Both the position numbers and the translations under genes were made by a program. This document shows positions 1 to 8,900 of a stretch of DNA of 34,900 bases, piece by piece (within the stretch, counting starts at the first letter, position 1; each line of letters starts with the position of its first letter). The notes below the pieces were generated by a model, which saw nothing but the letters and a program-made list of their open reading frames with translations, ran no database searches and was not told the origin of the DNA. Source of the stretch: Anaerolineales bacterium (GTDB lineage: Bacteria > Chloroflexota > Anaerolineae > Anaerolineales > Villigracilaceae); NCBI GenBank assembly GCA_036394895.1, contig DASWEH010000541.1:1-34900 (forward strand), given 5' to 3'.

Positions 1-1
1 G

Positions 2-469
2 CATTCCAAGGGCGGGCGGAAAGTGGGGATGGATCTGAGCAAGTCGAAGTTGCCCGCGGCGACAATGAATGCGATCGTGCAGATGATCGTCCCGCCTCCG
101 AAGTACATGGTCCATCGCCTGATCCCCAAGGCAACCTATGCTGACGAGGCGAAACTCGCTGGGGCTGTGATTATTGAACGTGGCCCTGAGTTCCAGGAAT
201 TTCTGGTTCATGAGCAAGCCGTCGACACGTTCGTGAAGAATGCTGAGGATGCGTATGGATTTCCTCCGTATCCCATCCTCGCAGATTCGTTGAGCAAATG
301 GGAAGGGCATGATCTTCATCCTGAGGAACAGGCAATTGTTGCCGAAGCTCTTAAAGGCATTCTTACTATTCGCTTGTGTGATCCCAAGTTCAACTGGTGG
401 CAGAAATTGCCGGTAATCGCTCAAGGTTCTTCTACAACCAACATGCAGTTCGTTGGAGCCGATGATTAG
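2..469 (+). CDS. Hypothetical protein, probably 5'-truncated by the window edge; first visible gene of the glycan operon
   Basis: Frame is open from base 2 (HSKGGRKVGMDLS...) to TAG at 467-469; the next gene starts 8 bp later; no family motif recognised. Confidence 0.6.
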   Translation, partial: HSKGGRKVGMDLSKSKLPAATMNAIVQMIVPPPKYMVHRLIPKATYADEAKLAGAVIIERGPEFQEFLVHEQAVDTFVKNAEDAYGFPPYPILADSLSKWEGHDLHPEEQAIVAEALKGILTIRLCDPKFNWWQKLPVIAQGSSTTNMQFVGADD

Positions 470-477
470 TTACTGAG

Positions 478-1554
478 ATGGTTTTTAGACGCCTACATTT
501 TGATCAAAAGCTGAAGATTAATAAAACAAGTATATTCGTTGATCGCTTATTGCAGACGTTGATGTTAGGGATAGGGTTTTCCCTTCTACTTATGCTTGTA
601 ACCTCGTGTACATCTAAGCCGTCTAGTCTTACAACGCTCTCCACTGATCCCCTTACACTATCTTCATCTCAGCCCATCACCGAAACACCGGACAACACCG
701 TTCCAGTGCTGGCTTATTACTATATCTGGTTCGATACAAAATCCTGGGATCGTGCCAAAGCAGATTATCCATTATTAGGCCGTTATAGCAGTGATGATGC
801 GGATGTCATGCGTCAGCATATCCAATGGGCGAAGGAGGCGGGAATCGACGGTTTCATTGTCAGTTGGAAGAGCACGGAAAAGCTCAACCATCGCCTGGAT
901 CAACTTGTAAAGATTGCGGAGCAAGAAAATTTCAAGCTGGCAATTAACTATGAAGGTCTGGATTTTGACCGGAGACCCCTTCCTCTAGAGCAAGTGGATG
1001 CTGATATGAACTATTTCGTCCAACACTATGCTGACCTTACTGTATTTTATCTTTTTGAGAAGCCGATGATGATTTGGTCAGGAACCTGGAAGTATTCTAT
1101 GGACGAAATAAAACATGTGACTCAGACAAAGAGAAATGACATTCTTATTCTTGCCTCTGAAAAGAACGTGGAAGGATATCAGCGATTGTCAGAATTTGTG
1201 GATGGTGATGCGTATTACTGGTCGTCAGTGAATCCGGATAGTCACTCTAATTACTTGGATAAATTGACCGCCATGGGAGAGACAATCCATAAGAATGGCG
1301 GGCTTTGGATTGCTCCTGCGGCACCAGGTTTCGATGCACGGCTTGTTGGAGGAACCTCTGTTGTCGAGAGAAAGAATGGTCAAACATTACGAAGGGAATT
1401 GAAAACAGCGCTTCAATCCTTGCCGGATGCAATTGGATTGATCAGCTGGAATGAGTTCAGCGAGAATTCACACGTTGAGCCCAGTCAAGACCATGGTAAT
1501 CTCTATCTGAAAGTGTTGTCCGAAACTCGTCTCGTGGCTCCGATCCCTAAATGA
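478..1554 (+). CDS. GH99/GH71-like glycoside hydrolase (endo-alpha-mannanase-like), probable lipoprotein
   Basis: Motifs AYYYIWF, YPLLGRYSSDD, QHIQWAKEAGIDGFIVSW, PGFD and ISWNEFSENSHVEP (cf. GH99 SFNEWHEGTQIEP with the catalytic ExxE); hydrophobic segment ending LVTSC then a Ser/Thr/Pro-rich linker. Confidence 0.8.
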   Translation: MVFRRLHFDQKLKINKTSIFVDRLLQTLMLGIGFSLLLMLVTSCTSKPSSLTTLSTDPLTLSSSQPITETPDNTVPVLAYYYIWFDTKSWDRAKADYPLLGRYSSDDADVMRQHIQWAKEAGIDGFIVSWKSTEKLNHRLDQLVKIAEQENFKLAINYEGLDFDRRPLPLEQVDADMNYFVQHYADLTVFYLFEKPMMIWSGTWKYSMDEIKHVTQTKRNDILILASEKNVEGYQRLSEFVDGDAYYWSSVNPDSHSNYLDKLTAMGETIHKNGGLWIAPAAPGFDARLVGGTSVVERKNGQTLRRELKTALQSLPDAIGLISWNEFSENSHVEPSQDHGNLYLKVLSETRLVAPIPK

Positions 1555-1580
1555 TCTTCTACAGTAGAAAGTAATATACT

Positions 1581-3179
1581 ATGAATCTTCGAAATCTATC
1601 CTTCCTTCGAGAACGACTTATGCAGCGCATTTTTCCAAAGAACCCGACCCTGGTCCGATGGTGGCCTCGGGATCGCGAATCCGTCGCCCGCATCGTAAGT
1701 GTGACGCTGGTCATGTGTTTGGCAGTTGGAATACGGATTTGGGGATTGAATCAAATTGGCTTTAATACCGATGAGGCTGTGTATTCCGGTCAGGCCGCCG
1801 CGATCGCTCAAGTTCCGGTGCTCAAGGAGATCTTCCCGGTCTTTCGCGCCCATCCGCTGTTGTTCCAGTTCTTATTGGCATTGCTCTTTGACTTTGGTGT
1901 GAGTGATCTGGCAGCACGCTTATTAGCGGTTGCAATCGGTGTTGCTACCGTTTTCATTGTTTATCGCTTGGGAAGTCTGCTTTACGGCGAATATACCGGT
2001 ATCTTAGCTGCTCTCATTTTGGCAGTGATGCCCTATCATGTGGTTGTCAGTCGCCAAGTGCTTTTGGATGGCCCAATGGTATTGTGTTCGACGCTAACCC
2101 TTTACTTGTTAGCGCGCTATGCTTTGACAGGAAACCCGATCTGGCTGCATGCTGCCGGTATTGGCATGGGATTAACATTCTTGGCAAAAGAGACCGGTCT
2201 TATTCTGATCGGTTCGGTTTATTCGTTCTTTGCCCTCTCTCGGGATATCTTTGTCCGTATTCAGGATTTGATCATCTCATTTATCTTGATGATCATTATG
2301 ATCCTGCCGTTTCCGATTTCGCTTTGGCTCGCAGGAGGCTCTGAGGTTGGTCAGCAATATTTGATCTGGCAGCTATTCCGCCGCCCTAACCATGCCTGGG
2401 ATTTTTATCTCACAACCGTACCTGGGCAAATCGGAATCCTGGTTCTCATCCTGGGAGTTGTAGGTCTCTTGTTGTTATGGAGGGAAAGAACCTGGCGCGA
2501 GAGACTTCTTCTTTGGTGGATCGTCGTTCCCGTGGTCTTCTTTCAAATATGGCCTACCAAAGGATATCAGTACCTGCTTGCCATTGCTCCTCCATTCGCG
2601 ATATTAGCCGGCCGGACCTTGATTGGATGGTTATGGATAGAAACTCCGGCTTTCGGAAATAGACGAATCAGTACCACCTGGATCAGAGCGTTGGTGGGTG
2701 GAGTTTTGATCGTCACATTACTAAGCTCAAGCTGGCAAACGATCCAGCCTGCGACGACAGGTGTTTTCATTGCGGGAACAGGTGGTGTTCCAGGCGGACG
2801 CGAAGCTGGAGAATGGATAAGGGAAAATCTCCCCTCGGATGCCACACTCCTAACGATTGGACCTTCCATGGCCAATATCCTGCAATTTTATGGACATCGC
2901 AAGGCCTTGGGTTTATCCGTCAGTCCAAACTCACTTCATCGTAATCCGGCATATGAGCCGATCAATAATCCTGACTTTGAGATTCGATCCAATAACATTC
3001 AATTTTTAGTCTGGGATTCGTATTCCGCTGGACGTTCTAGTTTCTTCTCAGAGCGGCTGCTGGAATTAACTGCCCGCTTTCATGGTAGGGTCATTCATAC
3101 CCAGACGGTGACTATGACTCTAGAAGACGGAAGTCAGGTAGAAAAACCGGTGATTATTGTTTACTTGGTGCACCCATGA
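1581..3179 (+). CDS. GT-C fold polyprenyl-phosphate-sugar glycosyltransferase (ArnT/PMT-like, GT39/GT83)
   Basis: About 11-12 hydrophobic segments, first-loop DE motif (NTDEAVY), HPLLF, SRQVLLDG, LAKETG, KGYQYLL and a C-terminal soluble domain. Confidence 0.85.
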   Translation: MNLRNLSFLRERLMQRIFPKNPTLVRWWPRDRESVARIVSVTLVMCLAVGIRIWGLNQIGFNTDEAVYSGQAAAIAQVPVLKEIFPVFRAHPLLFQFLLALLFDFGVSDLAARLLAVAIGVATVFIVYRLGSLLYGEYTGILAALILAVMPYHVVVSRQVLLDGPMVLCSTLTLYLLARYALTGNPIWLHAAGIGMGLTFLAKETGLILIGSVYSFFALSRDIFVRIQDLIISFILMIIMILPFPISLWLAGGSEVGQQYLIWQLFRRPNHAWDFYLTTVPGQIGILVLILGVVGLLLLWRERTWRERLLLWWIVVPVVFFQIWPTKGYQYLLAIAPPFAILAGRTLIGWLWIETPAFGNRRISTTWIRALVGGVLIVTLLSSSWQTIQPATTGVFIAGTGGVPGGREAGEWIRENLPSDATLLTIGPSMANILQFYGHRKALGLSVSPNSLHRNPAYEPINNPDFEIRSNNIQFLVWDSYSAGRSSFFSERLLELTARFHGRVIHTQTVTMTLEDGSQVEKPVIIVYLVHP

Positions 3180-4555
3180 AACTCGCTAAAAAATTTACTA
3201 CTCTATTTAGTTTTGCCATGCTGATGATCTCAATGTTTGGGATGACTGGAGTATCGGCAGCTCAATCTGAAAATGAGCCCAATACGCCCATTGAACATTT
3301 TATCGTGGTCATGCAGCAAAATCACACCTTTGATAATTATTTTGGGACGTATCCAGGAGCCAACGGGATTCCGGATAACGTTTGTATGCCGAATGCACTG
3401 TCTGATCAAAAAGACAGATTATGTGTGCCTCCCTTCGAAATAGGCGATCACCCCATCAGTAACTTAAGCCACTCTGATACGATTTTTCAAGGCCAATATC
3501 AAAATGGAAAAATGAATGGCTTTATCGATGCCTTGAAAAAGTTAAATGAGGATGGAACGTTAAGCATGGCGCATTATACTGACAAGGACATCCCGTTTTA
3601 TTGGAACCTGGCAGATCAATACGTTCTCTTTGATAATTACTTTAGCTCAGCTCACACAGGTAGTATTACCAATCGTATGTTTTGGGTCAGTGGCAAACCG
3701 GGTAGTGAGTTCAATCGTATCCCTGAAAATGGTTTTGGCGATATTCCTACGATCTTTGATCGTTTGCAGGAACGCGGCATTTCGTGGAAATTCTATATAA
3801 GGGATTACAACCCTAATCTTAATTATCGAACAGCCAAGGAACTTGATTTTCTGCCTCCTCAGGTGCAGTGGGTCCCATTGCTAAGCTTTGACCGTTTCTT
3901 GGACGATCCAGAGCTTTCCAGCCACATAGTAGATCTTGATGAATACTATATGGATCTTGAAAATGGCACCCTGCCAGCCGTTTCCTATGTTCTTCTGCTT
4001 GGCGGCACAGAGCACCCAATTTCAGATGTATCATTGGGCGAAACGGTAGCCAGAACCATGCTTAACACGCTGATGCAAAGCGATGTATGGGAAAGCTCGG
4101 CATTGATGATTACCTACGATGATTGGGGTGGCTGGTACGATCATGTTCCACCGCCGCAGGTTGATGATCGTGGCTATGGTTTTCGAGTTCCTACGCTCCT
4201 CGTCAGCCCTTATGCGCGAATGGGGCACATTGATCATACGCTGCTTGATCACACTTCCATTTTGAAATTCATTGAAGAGAATTGGGATATTGCGCCATTG
4301 GCCACACGGGATGCAAAGGCGAATAACATTACTTCAGCCTTTGACTTTTCAATGACTTCCCGTCCACCTATCTTGGTTCCAGCAACTCGTGAGGTACCAG
4401 AACCTCGTATCGAGCCTCGCAGGATCGTGATTTATGTTGCTTATGGAGCAGCGATGCTATTCGCTTTCTTAATCCTTGCTCGGGCCTTTACCGCGAGGCA
4501 CGATCATACCCGCCTTGCTTATACTCCTCAGCCTCCGGAGGAAATCAAGCCATGA
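3176..4555 (+). CDS. Secreted, C-terminally membrane-anchored phosphoesterase (phospholipase C/AcpA acid phosphatase family, alkaline phosphatase superfamily)
   Basis: Signal peptide; IEHFIVVMQQNHTFDNYFG, LADQYVLFDNYF, EHP, ITYDDWGGWYDHVPPP, GFRVP.LLVSPY, DHTSILKFIE; C-terminal TM helix; ATGA overlap with the upstream gene. Confidence 0.85.
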   Translation: MKLAKKFTTLFSFAMLMISMFGMTGVSAAQSENEPNTPIEHFIVVMQQNHTFDNYFGTYPGANGIPDNVCMPNALSDQKDRLCVPPFEIGDHPISNLSHSDTIFQGQYQNGKMNGFIDALKKLNEDGTLSMAHYTDKDIPFYWNLADQYVLFDNYFSSAHTGSITNRMFWVSGKPGSEFNRIPENGFGDIPTIFDRLQERGISWKFYIRDYNPNLNYRTAKELDFLPPQVQWVPLLSFDRFLDDPELSSHIVDLDEYYMDLENGTLPAVSYVLLLGGTEHPISDVSLGETVARTMLNTLMQSDVWESSALMITYDDWGGWYDHVPPPQVDDRGYGFRVPTLLVSPYARMGHIDHTLLDHTSILKFIEENWDIAPLATRDAKANNITSAFDFSMTSRPPILVPATREVPEPRIEPRRIVIYVAYGAAMLFAFLILARAFTARHDHTRLAYTPQPPEEIKP

Positions 4556-5907
4556 CAATTTCTTTTCCACGCCGATTGGTAATATTCATTGTAGTGTTGC
4601 TGAGTCTATTAACCCTCGCGACTCCTGCTTATGCCGGTGAGTTGTCGCAGAGACGGCCAGCAAATTTGACGATCGAGCCTCTCAAGCCATTTGTTATCGG
4701 TGATCATCCCACGATTATTACTCACCTCACCGCCGAATTTGGTCAACCGATCCGCAATCAGCCAATCATCATTTTGATAGATGGTGTCCAGAAAGGCGAA
4801 GCGCGAACGGATAGCAGAGGCATTGCCGCTATAACTTTGAAATACAAGTTTTCTGCTGGAACCTATCATGTGCAAGCTATTTATCCGGGGATCGTTTCCA
4901 TTGGCGTGAATCGCGCAGTGGCTGAAATTGACATGATCGTAGAACCTGCCAAAACTGCCATTTATACAGTCCCACCTTTACCCGGAGTCGTTTTCAATCT
5001 GAATGGTCAAACCTACATATCCGATGAAAATGGGGTTGCCAATATCGAGGTCAATTCGAGCGGCGTCTATTCCCTAGAAGTAATAGATATTGATACCACA
5101 AATCTGCCGTCAAATACGCGCATCGAGTTCGCGCGTTGGAACGATAATGTTTTTACTTTAAAACGTCACGTTTACTTTCCCAGAGCCCGGCGTCTTGAAG
5201 TGGGCTTCACCGTTAGTTATGAAGTGAATCAAGAATTCTACGATACAAAAGGTCAAGCTGTCGAGCCTGGGCGCGTTTCCTCCATGACTCTTCTCGGTGT
5301 TGGGAATACGTTTACCTTTGATGGGGCAGGACCTCTTTGGCTTCGAGCCAACCGCCTGACTCGTCGCATTGGTGAGCGTCTTGAAAGTGAGGAAATTCTC
5401 TATTACTTTAGAGATATAACGGTTGATGGGGCCAATGTGATCAACAAAAGTGAGCAACGTTTCCATATCCGTCCGGATGATGTCTGGCCGGTTCAATTGT
5501 TACTCTATTCGGCACATTTTTCTGCCCGGGATGCCATGTTCCACTTTCCGATTGGCAAGGGGATTGAGCTTACTTATCCCGATGGCCACATGGAAACTTT
5601 CATGTTTGACAATGATAGCGCGGAAATTGTCATTCCGTCCTTGGCACGCGGCTCCTATAGTGCAAAAATAATTGGAGCGGGCGGGTCGGCGCCTCCTACT
5701 CCGGTCCATCTATCGCGAGATCAGGACGTGGAATTGTTGATGCTGAGCTATTTGGATATTGCTCTGATTATTGGCATCCCGCTTGCAATTGCATTAGCGT
5801 TCTTCTTTATTGGGCGACCGTACTGGCTGCGCGTGGTGCGACATCCCTCAAAATACAAAGAATTGATCTATCAAAACACCTCACGAGATATTTCGCTCAA
5901 GCCCTAA
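4552..5907 (+). CDS. Secreted beta-rich (Ig-like) surface protein with C-terminal TM anchor
   Basis: Signal peptide (TPAYA/G), Big-like TDSRGIA and SDENGVA motifs, C-terminal hydrophobic helix followed by basic residues; ATGA overlap with the upstream gene. Confidence 0.7.
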   Translation: MTISFPRRLVIFIVVLLSLLTLATPAYAGELSQRRPANLTIEPLKPFVIGDHPTIITHLTAEFGQPIRNQPIIILIDGVQKGEARTDSRGIAAITLKYKFSAGTYHVQAIYPGIVSIGVNRAVAEIDMIVEPAKTAIYTVPPLPGVVFNLNGQTYISDENGVANIEVNSSGVYSLEVIDIDTTNLPSNTRIEFARWNDNVFTLKRHVYFPRARRLEVGFTVSYEVNQEFYDTKGQAVEPGRVSSMTLLGVGNTFTFDGAGPLWLRANRLTRRIGERLESEEILYYFRDITVDGANVINKSEQRFHIRPDDVWPVQLLLYSAHFSARDAMFHFPIGKGIELTYPDGHMETFMFDNDSAEIVIPSLARGSYSAKIIGAGGSAPPTPVHLSRDQDVELLMLSYLDIALIIGIPLAIALAFFFIGRPYWLRVVRHPSKYKELIYQNTSRDISLKP

Positions 5908-7671
5908 ATTTGCAGGCTGTTCTTGGATTTGGACTCTTTGCCACTGCCGGATTGAATTCACGCGGAATACTTTCGTACAGCTTTTTAGCTGATCAATCGT
6001 GATCGTTCTTTCCAAGAGCTGGCCTGTTTCTATTAAATAAGCGCGGAACGTCCCTGCCAGCACGCCACACGAGATGGGTGGCGTGAGCAATTGACCATTT
6101 AACTTAACGATGAGATTCCCAATCGTAAATTCCGTCAGTTCGCCCAGTTCGTTGTAAAGCAAAACATCATCGAATGTTTCCAAGCCTTTCCGCGCGGATT
6201 CATAGACCTCGCGCTGTGTCGTCTTATGGAAGAGAAACACATTGTTGCTATCAACAGGTTCTTTTGCAAGACAAACGTTCAAAGTTTGATGGCTTTCGGC
6301 AGTTTCCAAATGGCTCGATTGATGGGTTAATTTCCCCGACTGGTCAAGCATTAATCGAACGCGTTGAGGCTCAAAAATCTCGAAAGAAATTTGGTCAAGA
6401 TATTCTTCGAGTCTTTCTCTTGTGGCTGGAATATCAAAATACGCTGCCGAGTCAATCATGCGCACAATATGCTTCTCTTGCAGAAAAAAACCTTCTTCTG
6501 GAGTCCAAAGGATTGTTTCGAGCAGCGAAAAGGGCGGGTGTTGTTGAACGAGCACTTGTGCCTTAAGCAGTGCTTCAGCATACTCATCCGTGCTGGATGA
6601 ATCCCATACGACCCCACCCCCAATCCCATATTCGGCTTTGTAACTCTCCCGCTCGATTAACAGCGTGCGTATAGCCACGTTGAAGCTTGCTTGCCGCTGG
6701 GGTGATATATACCCAATGGTGCCTGTATAAATCTTACGTAGAGTGCTTTCCAACCCTGCAATAATTTTCATCGTACTCACTTTTGGTGCACCTGTGATGG
6801 AGCCGCTTGGAAAAAGTGCTTTAAGTATTTCTGTCAGCGATGCATTGGTTTTTGCCGTCACGGTAGATGTCATCTGCCAGAGCGTGGGATATCGTTCTGT
6901 TTCAAATAGGTGGGGGACATGCACACTGCCCACCTCCGCAATTTTTCCGAGATCGTTGCGGATCATATCCACGATCATTACGTTTTCCGCACGGTTTTTT
7001 TCTGAATGCTCCAACCAATTTGATTGTTCCTTGTCCTCAACCGTTGTTCGACCGCGTTTTGTTGTTCCTTTCATCGGGCGGCAGGTGATCATATTTCCAT
7101 CCAGTTGAAAGAACAATTCAGGCGAGGCTGAACAAATGACATATCGGTCTATGTCAATGTAAGCTGCATGATTATTCTGATTTTGTGCAAGATGAAGAAA
7201 GAAGTCCCATACATTGCCAGTAAAATCGGTCTGGAGACGCATGGTGTAATTGACTTGATACGTTTTACCGTCTGCGATGTAACGCTTGATTTTTCTAATT
7301 GCCGCATGATAAGATTCGCGATCAGTTGTTGGAAGCCAAGCCAAGCTTTGTTTTGGTGCTTCGGGTCTGGGTAACGTGATGATGCGTGGCTCTGAGTAGA
7401 GCCCAAACCAGAGGTAGGGGAATCCATCTCCCAGTCGAGTCTGAAGCGCCGAGTCGAACGCAGAGGCAGCTTCGTAGCTTAGAAATCCCGCTGCATACCA
7501 ATCGTTGACCGCGATCAGCCTTTCAATCTCTTGAAGGGCAGGCAAAATATCTTCCAGTTTTTGTACAGTAATGATTTGATGAGGCTTCGAAAAATATAGC
7601 CAGTTATTATTTTCTTTGATCAGAACTTCATTCTGCCTGACCAATCCACTTTGTGGTTTAATTTCGTTCAT
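5881..7671 (-). CDS. pabB: Aminodeoxychorismate synthase component I fused to 4-amino-4-deoxychorismate lyase (PabB-PabC fusion)
   Basis: GFLSYE, YQVNYT, SPELFF, PMKGT, KNRAENVMIVDMIRNDLG, SITGAPK and NVAIRT, then a class-IV aminotransferase domain (FLFHKTT.R, ELTEFTIGNL, GVLAGTFR). Confidence 0.92.
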   Translation of the reverse strand: MNEIKPQSGLVRQNEVLIKENNNWLYFSKPHQIITVQKLEDILPALQEIERLIAVNDWYAAGFLSYEAASAFDSALQTRLGDGFPYLWFGLYSEPRIITLPRPEAPKQSLAWLPTTDRESYHAAIRKIKRYIADGKTYQVNYTMRLQTDFTGNVWDFFLHLAQNQNNHAAYIDIDRYVICSASPELFFQLDGNMITCRPMKGTTKRGRTTVEDKEQSNWLEHSEKNRAENVMIVDMIRNDLGKIAEVGSVHVPHLFETERYPTLWQMTSTVTAKTNASLTEILKALFPSGSITGAPKVSTMKIIAGLESTLRKIYTGTIGYISPQRQASFNVAIRTLLIERESYKAEYGIGGGVVWDSSSTDEYAEALLKAQVLVQQHPPFSLLETILWTPEEGFFLQEKHIVRMIDSAAYFDIPATRERLEEYLDQISFEIFEPQRVRLMLDQSGKLTHQSSHLETAESHQTLNVCLAKEPVDSNNVFLFHKTTQREVYESARKGLETFDDVLLYNELGELTEFTIGNLIVKLNGQLLTPPISCGVLAGTFRAYLIETGQLLERTITIDQLKSCTKVFRVNSIRQWQRVQIQEQPANLGLERNIS

Positions 7672-8080
7672 GTCTAAAATGGTTCAAATTGTTCTTCGCT
7701 GGATACCTGCACTGTTCATGATGCTATTGATTTTTTTAGTATCGGCACAGCCTTCTTCTCATTTACCCAATTTCGATTGGGCAGATAAATTGGTCAAAAA
7801 AAGTGGACACATCGTTGGTTATGCAATCCTTGCTTTATTATATTGGCGAGCCTTTGATTTCAAAGATAGTAAACGTTGGGGTGCGTGGCTATTAGCATTC
7901 CTGTATGCGATCACCGATGAATTTCATCAATCCTTTGTGCCAGGACGTCATCCCGCGATCTGGGATGTCTTGATCTTTGATAACTTTGGCGCGTTGATTT
8001 CACTATGGCTTGTCACTCTATACAGAAAACAAAAACGACCAGATTCCTTTCATCCGATCGTCGAACAGACTGATCACTAG
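7670..8080 (+). CDS. VanZ-like membrane protein
   Basis: W..L.M.LIF..SAQP, K.GHIVGYAIL, YAITDEFHQSFVPGR...WDVL.D; ATG at 7670 or 7679 is more plausible than the 7616 ORF-track start. Confidence 0.85.
   Translation: MSKMVQIVLRWIPALFMMLLIFLVSAQPSSHLPNFDWADKLVKKSGHIVGYAILALLYWRAFDFKDSKRWGAWLLAFLYAITDEFHQSFVPGRHPAIWDVLIFDNFGALISLWLVTLYRKQKRPDSFHPIVEQTDH
8026..8061 (-). terminator. Probable intrinsic terminator of scpA, lying inside the 3' end of the convergent VanZ gene
   Basis: Minus strand ACGATCGGAT-gaaagga-ATCTGGTCGT (10 bp including 2 G-U pairs) followed by TTTTGTTTT. Confidence 0.6.
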
Positions 8081-8091
8081 AATTTGATCGC

Positions 8092-8862
8092 CTATTCAAA
8101 TTCAACCTCAATTTCCTCGTCATCTTTCCAATCTTCCATTCGATCGATCTCGATATCGCTAAACAAGTCTGGCTGATAGGCATGGATGTGATAACGCTTT
8201 ACCAATTCGAGCATGGCCAAAAATGTGACTACGATCTCCAATCGTGACGCGCCAGGTTCCAGCAGCGCTCGAAAAGTGGAATGCTCCGCTTCCTTCATCA
8301 CTTTGGCGATCAGGTCGATCTTCTCACGGATGGTCACACGCGGAGGAGCAATGATTACTCCCAGGGGTTGCTTGTTTCGGTCTTTTGCAAACGCTTCTTC
8401 TGCTGCTGCGACAAGTTTTTCGAGCGTGAGATTCGTCAGATCGAGTTTCGGTTCAACCTTCGGTGGTGGCGCCACACGTAAATACGTCCGTAAATTGGCT
8501 TGTTGCCGCTCGTTCATCCAAACACCAATTTCTTTATAGCGTTTGTACAGCTTTAATTGGTCAACCAAGGACCGCCCAATATCCTCTTCGCCGGCTGCTC
8601 GGGCAGGCGGTCTCGGGAGCAGTGCCTCAGACTTGATCTGTAACAGCTTCGCCGCGATCACAAGAAATGCGGAGATTTCATCCGCATTGAGTTTCTCAAG
8701 ATTTTTTATGGAGGCGAGATATTGGTCAGTTACGGTCGCCAGTGAAACGGACGTAATATCCAGCTCCGCACGCTCGATCAAATCTAGTAACAGGTCGAGC
8801 GGACCTTCGTAAACAGGTGTGTGGACCGTGTAATTGAGCTGGCGACCCAGTAGGTTTTCCAT
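8092..8862 (-). CDS. scpA: Segregation and condensation protein A (kleisin subunit of SMC condensin)
   Basis: YEGPLDLLLDLI...ELDI, FLVIAAKLLQIKS..LLP, IVVTFLAMLEL; ATG at 8862 preferred over GTG at 8880, which overlaps the -10 box. Confidence 0.93.
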   Translation of the reverse strand: MENLLGRQLNYTVHTPVYEGPLDLLLDLIERAELDITSVSLATVTDQYLASIKNLEKLNADEISAFLVIAAKLLQIKSEALLPRPPARAAGEEDIGRSLVDQLKLYKRYKEIGVWMNERQQANLRTYLRVAPPPKVEPKLDLTNLTLEKLVAAAEEAFAKDRNKQPLGVIIAPPRVTIREKIDLIAKVMKEAEHSTFRALLEPGASRLEIVVTFLAMLELVKRYHIHAYQPDLFSDIEIDRMEDWKDDEEIEVEFE

Positions 8863-8900
8863 AGGCAGGAAATTATACACTGTTACGATATAATTTCATT
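8863..8900. promoter_or_regulatory. Back-to-back -10 boxes for leaderless-type scpA (minus) and moaC (plus) transcripts
   Basis: Plus strand TATAAT-ttcatt-ATG(8901); minus strand TATAAT-ttcctgcct-ATG(8862); neither gene has a Shine-Dalgarno. Confidence 0.65.
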
